Source: Bryobacteraceae bacterium (lineage in GTDB: Bacteria > Acidobacteriota > Terriglobia > Bryobacterales > Bryobacteraceae). From it: a DNA stretch of 64,000 bases. Both the position numbers and the translations under genes were made by a program. Positions 19,532 to 31,085 of this stretch are shown in pieces (the stretch's first letter is position 1; every line of letters starts with the position of its first letter). The notes beneath the pieces were generated by a model. That model had not been told where the DNA came from, did no database searches, and worked only from the letters and a program-made list of their open reading frames with translations. The DNA is taken from the NCBI GenBank assembly GCA_041394945.1, contig JAWKHH010000005.1:312740-376739 (forward strand), given 5' to 3'.

Positions 19532-20845
19532 CTATCGCCCGGCCGGCGCGGCCGAGACTCCCATCGTCCGGTAAAGCCATGCCTCCACTTCGGCCACCTG
19601 CTCAGGAACATTGTTGTGTCCGGTTTCGAGCGCGAGCATCAGCTTCTTGGGCCCGGGGATCACATTGTAGGCGGAATACATCGACGTCGGCGGGCAGGTC
19701 TCGTCGTTGAATCCCCAGGTGTAGAGCCCGGCAACCTTCACGCGGCGGGCGAAGTTGACGACGTCGTAGAACTTCGACGTTTCGATCTTATCCTGCGAAC
19801 GATGCGCGAGCGGCCCCGCAGTGGCGCGGAACATATGCGGCCAGCCGCCGGCGCGGCCTTGCAGGTATCCGGTGACGTCGGAGAGCGCCGGATAGTAGGC
19901 GGCCAGAGCCTTCACGCGCGGATCGAGGCCGGCGGTGACGATCGACAACGCGCCGCCCTGGCTGCCGCCGGTGACGACCAGATGCTCGCCGTCCCATTTC
20001 GGATGCGACACCAGGAAGTCGTTGGCGCGAACACAGCCAAGGTAGACGCGGCGGTAGTAGTAACGGTCTTTGCTGTCGAGGCCGAACGTATTGTAGTTGG
20101 CCAGCGCGCCGCGGCCGAGCGAGTCGTAGACGCTCTGGTCCATGGTGACCGGGATGCCATGGATCCCAATCTGGAGCGTGATGACGCCCCGAGCCGCCAT
20201 GGCCGCGAGTCCGCGATAGGGCCGCACGCCCGCGCCGGGAACGGCCAGCAGCGCCGGATACTTGCCGGGCGCTCTCGGCTCACACAGGATGCCGTAGAAG
20301 CGCGAGGGCGCGAAGCCCATCCCGATGTTCTGCAGGTTGAGGTGGTAGCAATCGGCGCCGGAATTGCCGTATCCGGGCAGCAGAGTGAGCTGCGGGTCCA
20401 TGGGGATCCTCGCGAGCGCGGCTTTGCCTGCGGACCAGAAGGCGTCGAAGTCCGGCGGATCCTGCTGGGTGGGCTGCAGCGACTCCGGGCGGAACGCCGC
20501 CGTCGCCAGCGCGCGGTAGGTCCGACCGTTCCGCTCGACGGTGGCGATGCAGCGCAGGAAGCCGGGCTCCCGCATGGTTCCTCCATCGACGATCAGCCCT
20601 TCGGCCGGCAGCGCCACCGTTCGCTCCACCGCCGGCGGCATCATCTCCGGGCCGACACGGTAGCTCACCTGGACGCCGCTGAGCGGCTGGCCATCCAGGA
20701 TGGCCGCGATGCGGAACTTCACCGGCTCACCGGGCTGGTAGCGCCAATCGGAATGATCGGTGGAGACCTGGAGATGGATGGTCCCCACGCGGTCCTGGGC
20801 GAACGCGCAAAGCGCGAGGAGAGAAGCGAGAACAAGCCGGTTCAT
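19532..20845 (-). CDS. Acetyl-xylan esterase / cephalosporin-C deacetylase-like alpha/beta hydrolase (AXE1 family), secreted
   Basis: From ORF 19532..20857(-); start at MNRLVLASLL with a signal peptide. Nucleophile elbow GGSQGG. Matches AXE1 family length. Confidence 0.7.
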   Translation of the reverse strand: MNRLVLASLLALCAFAQDRVGTIHLQVSTDHSDWRYQPGEPVKFRIAAILDGQPLSGVQVSYRVGPEMMPPAVERTVALPAEGLIVDGGTMREPGFLRCIATVERNGRTYRALATAAFRPESLQPTQQDPPDFDAFWSAGKAALARIPMDPQLTLLPGYGNSGADCYHLNLQNIGMGFAPSRFYGILCEPRAPGKYPALLAVPGAGVRPYRGLAAMAARGVITLQIGIHGIPVTMDQSVYDSLGRGALANYNTFGLDSKDRYYYRRVYLGCVRANDFLVSHPKWDGEHLVVTGGSQGGALSIVTAGLDPRVKALAAYYPALSDVTGYLQGRAGGWPHMFRATAGPLAHRSQDKIETSKFYDVVNFARRVKVAGLYTWGFNDETCPPTSMYSAYNVIPGPKKLMLALETGHNNVPEQVAEVEAWLYRTMGVSAAPAGR

Positions 20846-20859
20846 AGGAACCACCAAGC

Positions 20860-21402
20860 TTATCGCGTTTGCGTCTTGCTCCCGCGCCGAGCCGCTTCCA
20901 CCGTGTTAGTGGGATCGGCCCCGGACCATGTTATGTCGGCGGTAGGCCCGTAGGTGGAGGGCACCGGGCGATCGAGCAGGCGCAGGTAGACGGTGAGCTG
21001 GGTGCGATGATGCGCGGTGTGGAGCACGCGACGCCAGAAGATCCAGATGCGCTCCCGGCTCACATCGAAGAACGGGACCTCTTCCCGCCACCACTCGGCT
21101 GCCCGCTCCGCGATGCGCGGGAGCCGGGCCGCAGCGAGCTCTTCGTAGCGGGCGGCGGCGGCTTCGATGCTCATCGCGGGAGGCAGCACGGACGCGGCTT
21201 CGGGCTCGGCGAATCCGAGAAACTCCGCGAAGAAGCGGCGTTCCGAGAGTAGCTGGTGCTTGCAGATATCGCGGACTGAGGACGATCGCGGGTGCGGCCG
21301 CCAATCGAGATCGGCGTCAGCGAAACAGCGCCATACCGACGCGGTCTTCGCGGTCTCGCTGGCATAGGTGTCCACGAGATGGCGGAGGGCGGCGTCAGCC
21401 AT
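20860..21402 (-). CDS. DinB/YfiT-like (DinB_2 superfamily) metal-dependent protein
   Basis: From ORF 20860..21492(-); start at MADAALRHL with GGAGAAG upstream. The HTAHHRTQL motif is typical of the DinB_2 four-helix bundle. Confidence 0.6.
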   Translation of the reverse strand: MADAALRHLVDTYASETAKTASVWRCFADADLDWRPHPRSSSVRDICKHQLLSERRFFAEFLGFAEPEAASVLPPAMSIEAAAARYEELAAARLPRIAERAAEWWREEVPFFDVSRERIWIFWRRVLHTAHHRTQLTVYLRLLDRPVPSTYGPTADITWSGADPTNTVEAARRGSKTQTR

Positions 21403-21407
21403 GGCGG

Positions 21408-22985
21408 TCACTTCTCCAGATGGAAGTTGCCGACGAACATCGCGTCGATGCCCGAGGAGTAGAAGCTGCGCACGGCGTCGCGCGGCGTGCACACCAGGGG
21501 ATCGCCGAACAGGTTGAACGACGTGTTGTAGAGCACCGGCAGCCCAGTGGCCTCGCCGGCGGCGAGGAGCAGGCTGTGATAGAGCGGGTTGTCCTCGCGA
21601 TGCACCGTATGAAGCCGCACCCAGCCATCGCCAAGCACGGCCGGCTCAAACGTCTTGCGGTGCTCCGGCCGAACGCGGCTCACGGTGGCGAGAAACCGCG
21701 AATTCTGGGCGGGTTCGAAGTATTCGGCGGCGCGTTCGGCGGGTACGGACGCGGCGAACTTGCGATAGTCGTCGCGGTGCTTGATGAACTTGTTCAGGTT
21801 CTCCGTGGAGTAGGGGTTGCGCGGCGAAGCGAGGATACTGCGGTTGCCGAGCGCCCGCGGGCCGAACTCCATGCTGCCCTGCATCCAGGCGATGATCTTG
21901 TAGTCGTCGAGCTCGGCCACCGCCTTCTGGATGAGCTCCCCTGTCGTCAGCAGGAGGCGGAAACGGAGCTTGCAGTTCTCGAGCACCTGCTTGATCTCTT
22001 CGGCGGCGTAGGAAGGCCCGAGGCACAGATTGCCGATGCTGACGCGCTCGTGCTGGCCGCACACGATGTGCCATCCCCACATCGCCGCGCCGAGCGCCGT
22101 GCCAGAGTTGCCGGAGGCGGGCTGAACGAAGACGTTCTTCCAGTCGCCGCTGCGTTCGAGCGCGGAGACCACCAGCGCGTTGAAGCCCATGCCGCCGGCG
22201 AGCGCGAGGTTCTCGCCGCTCCCGGCCATGCCGACGATAACGGCTTCCACCGCACGCTGCAGCCCGGCGGCCAGGTGCGCCCGCCGCGGCGCCGGGAATT
22301 CGGCTTCGTCGTCGAGGCCGAGTTCGCGATAGAACTTCGGACCAAACCCGCCCCGCGCAATGCGGTGGCTATCGAAGTAAGACCAGTCGACGCGCGGCCA
22401 GCCCTCGGGCCCCCTTTGCAGGATCTTGCCGAAGGATTCTCGATAGCGATCGTCGCCGGCCGCCGACATCCACTGCAGTTTGTGCTCGTCGGCGTTGGGC
22501 GTGTAGCCGAGGAACTCGGTCACACGGCTGTAGAGGTCGGCCACGGAATCGGGGAAGTAGAGCTCACGTTCGAGTTCGAGGCGTGTTCCGCGCGCTTTCC
22601 AGCGAGCTCCGCATCGAAGATCGCCCTTGCGGTCGATGGTGAGCACGGTGGCGTCCTCGAACGGAGACGCGAAGAAGGCGGAAGCCGCATGGGCGGTGTG
22701 ATGATCCATCATCACCACACGCGCGTTCGGGAACAACGCCCGGAGCCGAAGGTGGAGCGACGTCTCCTCCGGGTCGCCGGCGGGCCGCACGAGCACGACG
22801 CAATCCACCTGGTCGCGACCGGCGCGCGCTTCGCGGAGGCACGCCGTGATCGCCTCCATGGGCAGTTCGCCGGGGCGCGTGTAGCGCGCGATCTTTCGCT
22901 GCTCCACGGCGGTTCTGAGTTCGCCGTTGCGGATCAATGCCGCCGCCGCATCGTTCAGGATGCCGCCGATTCCGAGAATGATCAT
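21408..22985 (-). CDS. Carbamoyltransferase (NodU/CmcH family)
   Basis: From ORF 21408..23294(-); start at MIILGIGGILNDAAAAL (ATG 22985..22983). N-terminal ASKHA-like segment and C-terminal carbamoyltransferase domain (LYNTSFNLFGDPLV). Confidence 0.75.
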   Translation of the reverse strand: MIILGIGGILNDAAAALIRNGELRTAVEQRKIARYTRPGELPMEAITACLREARAGRDQVDCVVLVRPAGDPEETSLHLRLRALFPNARVVMMDHHTAHAASAFFASPFEDATVLTIDRKGDLRCGARWKARGTRLELERELYFPDSVADLYSRVTEFLGYTPNADEHKLQWMSAAGDDRYRESFGKILQRGPEGWPRVDWSYFDSHRIARGGFGPKFYRELGLDDEAEFPAPRRAHLAAGLQRAVEAVIVGMAGSGENLALAGGMGFNALVVSALERSGDWKNVFVQPASGNSGTALGAAMWGWHIVCGQHERVSIGNLCLGPSYAAEEIKQVLENCKLRFRLLLTTGELIQKAVAELDDYKIIAWMQGSMEFGPRALGNRSILASPRNPYSTENLNKFIKHRDDYRKFAASVPAERAAEYFEPAQNSRFLATVSRVRPEHRKTFEPAVLGDGWVRLHTVHREDNPLYHSLLLAAGEATGLPVLYNTSFNLFGDPLVCTPRDAVRSFYSSGIDAMFVGNFHLEK

Positions 22986-22996
22986 GATTTTTTCTT

Positions 22997-24427
<1,431 letters not shown>

Positions 24428-24484
24428 GAATCTTTTATTGTAAACCGGCTCTCGGCCCAACCCGACTGCTACAATCCGGGTGAA

Positions 24485-24835
24485 ATGACTCGCCGCTTCG
24501 CTGTCTTTTTTCTCGCTCTGGCTTCGGTGGGCGCCGCGCAGGTTTCCGCTGGCGACATGATTTTCGACGTTCGCAATGGCGACCAGGAAGGCAAGCTGAT
24601 GCTGAAGGAGACCGAGCTTGCTTTCGAATCGTTGACCGACTCGCGGCACTCCCGGAACTGGACCTATTCGGACATCCGCGAACTGTCGCGGAAGGGTAAA
24701 AAGGAGCTTCGTGTCCGCCCGAACAAGGGCTCGCGCTACGACTTCCAGTTCAAAGACCGCACGATGCGCGACAACCTGTACAAGCTGATTTCGGACCGAA
24801 TCGTGGCCGCCCGGCAAGGCGCCGCCAGACGCTAG
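24485..24835 (+). CDS. Small secreted hypothetical protein (116 aa)
   Basis: Internal start MTRRFAVFFLALASVGAAQVSA (signal peptide) of ORF 24152..24835(+). No recognisable domain. Confidence 0.45.
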   Translation: MTRRFAVFFLALASVGAAQVSAGDMIFDVRNGDQEGKLMLKETELAFESLTDSRHSRNWTYSDIRELSRKGKKELRVRPNKGSRYDFQFKDRTMRDNLYKLISDRIVAARQGAARR

Positions 24836-25265
24836 CCCGCAAATCTCACCGGCTTTCTGCTGCGACGCGCGATAAGGCCGTGTCTACATCGTTGCGCTTG
24901 CTCACCGTGCTCAACAGACTGTCCCAGTATGCCTCCGCGCGTTGAGCGGCGCGCGTCTCGTATCCGCAGCCTTCTCACGCGTCTCGCGACGAAACGCGGT
25001 GAGATATGCGGGCTAGCGGCCTCCGGCGCGAGTACTCGCGAATCGTCGTCGCCGACATCGCCTCCGAGGGGAGGCCTGCCGAAACTCTTCAACAAGAAGA
25101 CCGTCAACCTTGGCGGCAAGCACTGCCCGCACGAAAACGACATCCGGAACCCGAACGGCTCGACCGCGGCTGCCAGGACTTCCCGCGGGCGACCCACTTC
25201 GATGACTCATCGGCCGGAAGGCCTCAAACCCGCTGGCCTCGACCTACGGCCGGCGGCTGGCTGCG

Positions 25266-25634
25266 TCAGCCCATGTTGTAGAAGAAGTGCTCTCGGACGA
25301 TCTTGCCCTTCTTCACGTCGTAGAGCGCCATTTCCTGCATCTGATGCCGTTTCCCGGTTTCCTTGTTCGTCACGTCGTACTTGAACTCGACGGCGAACTG
25401 GCTCTTGCCGAGGTAGGGGCCGTTGGCTTCCGCGGAGTGAATGTCGTGCGCATTGAGCCACCATTGATTCTTGCCTCGGATGGCTTCGATGCCGGTCATC
25501 TCCCTGGGCATGCCCGGTGCGCTCGCTGACTCGACGCTTACGATGTCGGGAGAATAAAACTTCTCAATCGCCTGCATGTTCTTACCCTTGCGGCAGAGGG
25601 TAACCAGACCCTTGGCAACGTCGGCTACGGTCAT
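25266..25634 (-). CDS. SnoaL/NTF2-like fold protein
   Basis: From ORF 25266..25676(-); start MTVADVAKG with AAGGAG RBS upstream. ~122 aa, size and hydrophobic pattern of the NTF2-like superfamily. Confidence 0.55.
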   Translation of the reverse strand: MTVADVAKGLVTLCRKGKNMQAIEKFYSPDIVSVESASAPGMPREMTGIEAIRGKNQWWLNAHDIHSAEANGPYLGKSQFAVEFKYDVTNKETGKRHQMQEMALYDVKKGKIVREHFFYNMG

Positions 25635-25761
25635 GTGGATCAAACGCTCCTTGTTTGAGATTGGGTATCGAGACAAGGGTAAGGGAGGGCACGGGGAGTG
25701 TCAACGAAAATGTGGCGCCCCGGCACCTTTGTTTGGTGGTCCGCCCACCCGGACGAAGGTT

Positions 25762-26307
25762 TCAGAAGCTGGCCGGTTCGTTGGAGCCGACAGGTTGTTC
25801 GGTGTCGAAAAGTGTCGAATTGTGTTCAACCGGGTCCACTGGGGCGGGCAGTTGAGGAATCGCGGTAGCGGAAAAGGTGAGCGGCGACGGCGGCGCGTTC
25901 TCAAGGGCACGGTTGAGGTCGTACTGGGAGTAGGAGAGGGAGCGATCGGTGTCCTTCCCGGCGGAGAAGCCACTGGGTTGGGCAGCGGAGACGCGATCGA
26001 CGACGGCGAGCGATGCGCGGAGGCGGACGGAAGGATTCACGTCGGGGTTCTCGATGAGGCCGCGGAGGGCTTGGGCGGCACTCGCACCGATACCGCGGAG
26101 GCTTTCCTGGAGCTGCTCGGCGTGTTCGTGTTTGAGTAAGTGAAGCGCGGCGCGGAACTCGGGGATGAATCGGATCCAATTGTAGATTGTCGAGCGGTGG
26201 ATTCCCGTGCCTCGGGCGGTTTCCGAGACGGAGACTCCGGCGGCGAGCGCCTGGAGCGCGTTGAGTTGTTGCGGCGACAACTTGGGTTGATTGGATGGTT
26301 GTGGCAT
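25762..26307 (-). CDS. Helix-turn-helix domain protein (IS630 or sigma-region-4-like HTH at the N-terminus), function unknown
   Basis: From ORF 25762..26436(-); start MPQPSNQPKL with GGAGG upstream. HTH reads LSPQQLNALQALAAGVSVSETARGTGIHRSTIYNWIR. No DDE transposase follows. Confidence 0.5.
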   Translation of the reverse strand: MPQPSNQPKLSPQQLNALQALAAGVSVSETARGTGIHRSTIYNWIRFIPEFRAALHLLKHEHAEQLQESLRGIGASAAQALRGLIENPDVNPSVRLRASLAVVDRVSAAQPSGFSAGKDTDRSLSYSQYDLNRALENAPPSPLTFSATAIPQLPAPVDPVEHNSTLFDTEQPVGSNEPASF

Positions 26308-26799
26308 GGTTACACTCCTCCGCTGCGAGGTTACGTCATGGGTTGGCGCGGTTGGAGCGGGTGGACGCTCAAGTGGTTGATCAGGAACGGAAAATTCTGG
26401 TGATTCGCCTGTGAACGTCACGGGCCGGCCAGTCATGTAGAGTAGAAGCTACCCGATGCTGGCACCGGGACGCTGTTCCTGGCGCGGACCTTCCCGGACG
26501 GCGGCGCAACCGCGATGCGGTGACGCCACAATGACCGCGCTGCCGCCTCCCGTAAAGCAACCATGCACCGGTGCAAAACGGCGACGGAAGCGACAACGAC
26601 GCCGGGTGATGAGACATCCATGGCATCCGCCACATATGGATGACATTGACGCAACGCCGCCGAGAGATCGAAAGCGCCGTAGGCAACGTCAGATCGAGGG
26701 GCTGGAACCTCTGGTCTTAGAGAATCCGCCGGCGCAACGAACCGGGGCGGCCAGTGAGGCTGAAGCCTACCCCACAGCCGGGGATATAATGCTTTCAAG

Positions 26800-29448
26800 A
26801 TGCGGAGTCGTGTCGTCTGCGTGCTGGCCTTTGCTCCCGTGTGCTGGGCAGACGCGAGTTTCTTCGAAACGAAGATCCGGCCGTTGCTGGCCGCGAACTG
26901 CTACTCGTGCCACGGCGCTTCGGCGATGGGCGGATTGCGTCTCGATACGGCTGAAGGGTTCCGGAAGGGCGGCAAGTCCGGACCGGCGGTAGTGCCGGCG
27001 AAGCCGCTCGAGAGCCTGCTGATCCAGGCGGTGCGCCGGACACACGAACGGCTAAAGATGCCGCCCACAGCGCCCCTTTCCGCGGAACAAGTGGCTCTGT
27101 TGACGGAGTGGGTTCGGCAAGGCGCGGATTATCCGGAGAGCAAGGAAGCGACGGCATCGGCGGGCGAGTATGTCATCACGGATGCCCATCGATCCTTCTG
27201 GAGTTTTCAGCCAGTGCGGAAGCCCGAACTACCCCGCGTGAAGGAGCCGGGGCTTTCGCCGGTGGACCGGTTCGTTCAAGCGAAATTGGAAGCGGCGGGA
27301 ATCGAGCCAGCCCCACCCACGGACCCGCGAACATGGCTGCGCCGCGTAACGCTCGACCTGACGGGATTGCCTCCGACACCCGAAGAGATGGATGCGTTTC
27401 TCGGGGACCGGTCCGGCGGGACGCGAGAGCGGGTGGTGGAACGGCTCCTGGCTTCGCCGCATTACGGCGAGCGGTGGGGCCGCCATTGGCTCGACTTGGC
27501 CCGGTACTCGGACGGTCAACTCGCGGCGGGAGTGGATACACCGTTCGCCAACGCGCACCGGTATCGCGATTGGGTGGTGCAGGCATTCCAAAAGGACATG
27601 CCGTATAACCGCTTCGTGCTGGCGCAGATCGCAGCGGACCTGCTGCCGGAAGCCGAACGCGGAGAGTTGATCGCGGGCATGGGATTTCAATCGCTCGGGT
27701 CCCGCGGGGACGATCAGGTGGATGTCACGTCGAAAGTGTTTCTCGGCCTTACCGTCGGCTGCGCGCAGTGCCACGATCACAAATACGACCCGATTCCGAC
27801 GCGCGACTACTACTCGATGCTCGGCATCTTCAAGAGCAGCACCGTCACCGAGTATCCGCTTGCGCCGGAAGCGGAAGTGAAGCGGTACAAGGAGCAGAAG
27901 GCGAAGATCGACGCCATCAAGGAAACGCTCGACGATTTCCTGGTGGCCGAGCAGAAGCAGTTGGTGGACATGCTGGCGAGGCACACGGCGCGCTACATGG
28001 TGGCGGCGTGGAAGACGAATCGCGGAGAGACGGCCGATCGCACCGGTCTCGACGGCGAGACCCTCGAACGCTGGGCGGCCTACCTGAGGAACCCGGAGCG
28101 CGAGCATCCTTACATGAAATCGTGGTTCGAGCTCATGGCGCGAGGCCCTTCGGAGAGCGAAGTGCGCGAAGAGGCCGAGCGCTACCAGGCATTCGCGCTG
28201 AAGCTTTTCGACGATGCCAAGGAAGTGGAAGACAAGAACTACGTCGCGTTCGGGGGGCGCAAGGGCATCAAGGATGAGAAGACGCGGCAGTACACGAATA
28301 TCGTTTCGCTGCCCGTGCTCGAGTTTTATCAATGGCGCGAGTTGGCGGGCGGGCCCTACAACGTGGACGGGCACAAGGTTCCGGCGGGAGTCTACTACTA
28401 CAGCCAGAAAGAAATGGAACGCTGGCTCAGCGGCTTCGCGCTGGACCACGTGAAGCAGCTTCGCGCGGAGATCGCGACGCTCGAGAAGGACTTGCCTCCG
28501 ATGTATCCGTTCGTGCACTCGCTCGCCGACGCGGCGAAACCGGCCGATGTGCGCATCGCCATTCGCGGCGATGCGAAGAACCCCGGCGCGATCGCGCCGC
28601 GCGGATTCCTGCAAGTGTTGAGCAAGGGCGAGCCTGCGCACTTCGATCACGGGAGCGGGCGGTTGCAACTGGCGCGGGCGATCGCGTCGGCCGGGAATCC
28701 GCTGACGGCGCGGGTGATCGTAAACCGGATCTGGCAGCACCATTTCGGGAACGGGATCGTGCGGAGCCCGTCGAATTTCGGGCAGATGGGCGAGCGGCCG
28801 ACGCATCCGGAGCTGCTCGATTATCTGGCGGCGCGGCTAGTGGAATCGGGATGGTCATTGAAGGCGATTCAACGCGAGATCGTGCTGTCGGCGGCGTATG
28901 CGCGCGGCACGGCGGGGGACGCGAATGCGAAGGAGAAGGATCCGGACGGCCGGCTGCTCTCCCGTTTCCGCGTGCAGCCCCGGCTCGACATGGAGGCGCT
29001 GCGGGATTCGGTGCTGGCTGTGTCGGGCAAGTTGGATCGCACCGTGGGCGGGCCGGCCAAGCCGATCGCGGACGACAACTTCCGCCGGTCTTTGTACCTG
29101 ACGGTGAGCCGGACGCGCCTGGACCCGGCGCTGGCGTTGTTCGATTTTCCCGATGCGAACGCGACGGCGGAGCAGCGGGCGGTGACGGTGGGTCCGCTAC
29201 AGGGGTTGTTCTTCCTGAATAGTTCGTTCGTTTCGAAGCAGGCCGCGGCGCTCGATGAGCGGCTTCGGCGTGAGGCGGGCGAAGAAGCGGGGGCGCGAAT
29301 CGAGCGGGCGTACAAGCTGCTTTATGGCCGGCCGCCGGATGCGGAGGAGAAGAAATTGGGTCTCCAGTATGTGGCGGGAGATGGCGGCGAGTGGCGGCAG
29401 TATCTGCAGGCGTTGTTGGGATCAGCAGAGTTCACGAGTTTGAATTAG
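26800..29448 (+). CDS. PSCyt1/PSCyt2/PSD1 (DUF1549 and DUF1553) planctomycete-type cytochrome-domain protein
   Basis: ORF 26800..29448(+). Signal peptide. N-terminal CxxCH haem-binding motif (CYSCHG). A second Cys pair at VGCAQCHDHKYDP is typical of DUF1549. The C-terminal DUF1553-like region ends LGSAEFTSLN. Confidence 0.8.
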   Translation: MRSRVVCVLAFAPVCWADASFFETKIRPLLAANCYSCHGASAMGGLRLDTAEGFRKGGKSGPAVVPAKPLESLLIQAVRRTHERLKMPPTAPLSAEQVALLTEWVRQGADYPESKEATASAGEYVITDAHRSFWSFQPVRKPELPRVKEPGLSPVDRFVQAKLEAAGIEPAPPTDPRTWLRRVTLDLTGLPPTPEEMDAFLGDRSGGTRERVVERLLASPHYGERWGRHWLDLARYSDGQLAAGVDTPFANAHRYRDWVVQAFQKDMPYNRFVLAQIAADLLPEAERGELIAGMGFQSLGSRGDDQVDVTSKVFLGLTVGCAQCHDHKYDPIPTRDYYSMLGIFKSSTVTEYPLAPEAEVKRYKEQKAKIDAIKETLDDFLVAEQKQLVDMLARHTARYMVAAWKTNRGETADRTGLDGETLERWAAYLRNPEREHPYMKSWFELMARGPSESEVREEAERYQAFALKLFDDAKEVEDKNYVAFGGRKGIKDEKTRQYTNIVSLPVLEFYQWRELAGGPYNVDGHKVPAGVYYYSQKEMERWLSGFALDHVKQLRAEIATLEKDLPPMYPFVHSLADAAKPADVRIAIRGDAKNPGAIAPRGFLQVLSKGEPAHFDHGSGRLQLARAIASAGNPLTARVIVNRIWQHHFGNGIVRSPSNFGQMGERPTHPELLDYLAARLVESGWSLKAIQREIVLSAAYARGTAGDANAKEKDPDGRLLSRFRVQPRLDMEALRDSVLAVSGKLDRTVGGPAKPIADDNFRRSLYLTVSRTRLDPALALFDFPDANATAEQRAVTVGPLQGLFFLNSSFVSKQAAALDERLRREAGEEAGARIERAYKLLYGRPPDAEEKKLGLQYVAGDGGEWRQYLQALLGSAEFTSLN

Positions 29449-29458
29449 GGGAGCGAGC

Positions 29459-30829
29459 ATGAATCGACGCGGATTTCTCGAAACCCTCGGCGGCGGCTTC
29501 GGCATGGCCGCGTTGCAGGGCTCTTTGCAAGGCGCGGCGTTGGACGGAGGTGCGACCCGGCAGCCGCACTTCGCGCCGAAGGCGAAGCACGTGATTTTCC
29601 TGTTCCTCAACGGCGGCATCTCACAAGTGGATACTTTTGATCCGAAGCCGGCGCTGGTGAAGTACGACGGGTCGCCGATGCCGGGCCCGAAAATCAAGAC
29701 CGATCGGGCATCGGGCAACCTGATGCGGTCGCCGTGGAGTTTTCAGAAGTACGGGCAGTCGGGAATCGAGGTGAGCGAAATCTTCCCGAACATCGCCAAG
29801 CGGATCGACGATTTCTGCTTGATCCGTTCCATGTATACCGATTCGGGCAATCACGGCCCCTCGCTGCAGATCATGAACTGCGGGCATCAATTGCCGGGGC
29901 GGCCATCAATGGGATCGTGGGTCACGTACGGGCTGGGCTCCGAGAATCGGAACCTGCCGGGGTTCGTGGTCTTGTGTCCGGGATTCCCCGTGCTGGGCGC
30001 GTCGCTGTGGACGTCGGGCTACATGCCGTCCATCTATCAAGGGGTGCATATCCAGAACGGCGCCGTGGAGCCGGAGAAACTGATTCAGAATTTGCGAAAC
30101 ACGGAAGTTACCCCTGCCGAGCAGAAGAAGCAACTGGCGCTATTGGACCGGCTGAACCGTAAGTATCTGGATCGAACGGGGGATGATTCCGGATTGGAGG
30201 CGGCGGTGGCGTCGATGGAATCGGCATACCGGCTGCAATCGGAGGCGACGGACGTGTTCGACATCCGCAAGGAGCCGGACGCGGTGCGGCAGCGGTACGA
30301 CATTTCCGACTTCGGCCGCGGGTGCCTGATGGCGTTGCGCATGGTGGAGCGGGGAGTTCGCATGGTGCAGATCTACTACGGGAACGGACAGCCATGGGAT
30401 AATCACGACGACATCCGGGTCCACTCCAAGCTGGCGCAGAAGACCGACGGAGCGATCGCGGCGCTGGTGGACGATTTGAAGTCACGCGGGTTGTTTGAGG
30501 AGACGCTCATTTTGATCGGGTCCGAATTCGGGCGGACGCCGATGATCCAGAACTCGGGGCTCGAGAAGCTGGGGCAGGGCCGCGATCACAACACGCCAGG
30601 CTTTACGGTGCTGTTGGCTGGAGGCGGAATCAAAGGCGGGATCACCTATGGGGCCACGGACGATTTCGGGTTCAAGGCGGTGGAGAAGCGGACACACGTG
30701 CACGATCTTCATGCGACCATGCTGCATTGCCTGGGCTTCGACCATACGAAGCTGACTTATCGGCACGCGGGGCGGGACTTCCGGCTGACCGATGTGCATG
30801 GGAATGTGATTCGGGAGATTCTGGCGTAG
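29459..30829 (+). CDS. DUF1501-family (sulfatase-like) protein with a Tat signal
   Basis: ORF 29459..30829(+). Tat motif NRRGFLETLGGG. This is the conserved partner of DUF1549/DUF1553 genes, 10 nt downstream. Confidence 0.8.
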   Translation: MNRRGFLETLGGGFGMAALQGSLQGAALDGGATRQPHFAPKAKHVIFLFLNGGISQVDTFDPKPALVKYDGSPMPGPKIKTDRASGNLMRSPWSFQKYGQSGIEVSEIFPNIAKRIDDFCLIRSMYTDSGNHGPSLQIMNCGHQLPGRPSMGSWVTYGLGSENRNLPGFVVLCPGFPVLGASLWTSGYMPSIYQGVHIQNGAVEPEKLIQNLRNTEVTPAEQKKQLALLDRLNRKYLDRTGDDSGLEAAVASMESAYRLQSEATDVFDIRKEPDAVRQRYDISDFGRGCLMALRMVERGVRMVQIYYGNGQPWDNHDDIRVHSKLAQKTDGAIAALVDDLKSRGLFEETLILIGSEFGRTPMIQNSGLEKLGQGRDHNTPGFTVLLAGGGIKGGITYGATDDFGFKAVEKRTHVHDLHATMLHCLGFDHTKLTYRHAGRDFRLTDVHGNVIREILA

Positions 30830-30941
30830 TTCACCAAGGACTCGCCAGCACAACGGGGCTGACGCGGCGCCCAGAGGGGACTACAAAGCAGCCTTCGTTT
30901 CGGGAAGAATGGCCTACACCACTTTTTTGTGGTGTCCCCTA

Positions 30942-30976
30942 TTGACAAACTAGCCAACCCAGGGCAAACTTACTTC
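30942..30976 (+). promoter_or_regulatory. Putative sigma70-like promoter upstream of the tRNA-like gene
   Basis: TTGACA at 30942, a 17-nt spacer, then CAAACT. Weak call. A 7-bp hairpin (ACACCAC-TTTTTT-GTGGTGT) lies just upstream. Confidence 0.25.
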
Positions 30977-31085
30977 TGGAGACAAACCATGTTCACGCTC
31001 ACCAAACGTCGTGGCTCTGAAAACCACGCGGGTGCGGCCTCGATGAGCTACCGCATACCGGTGGCCGTGGACTGTTTCCATCCCC

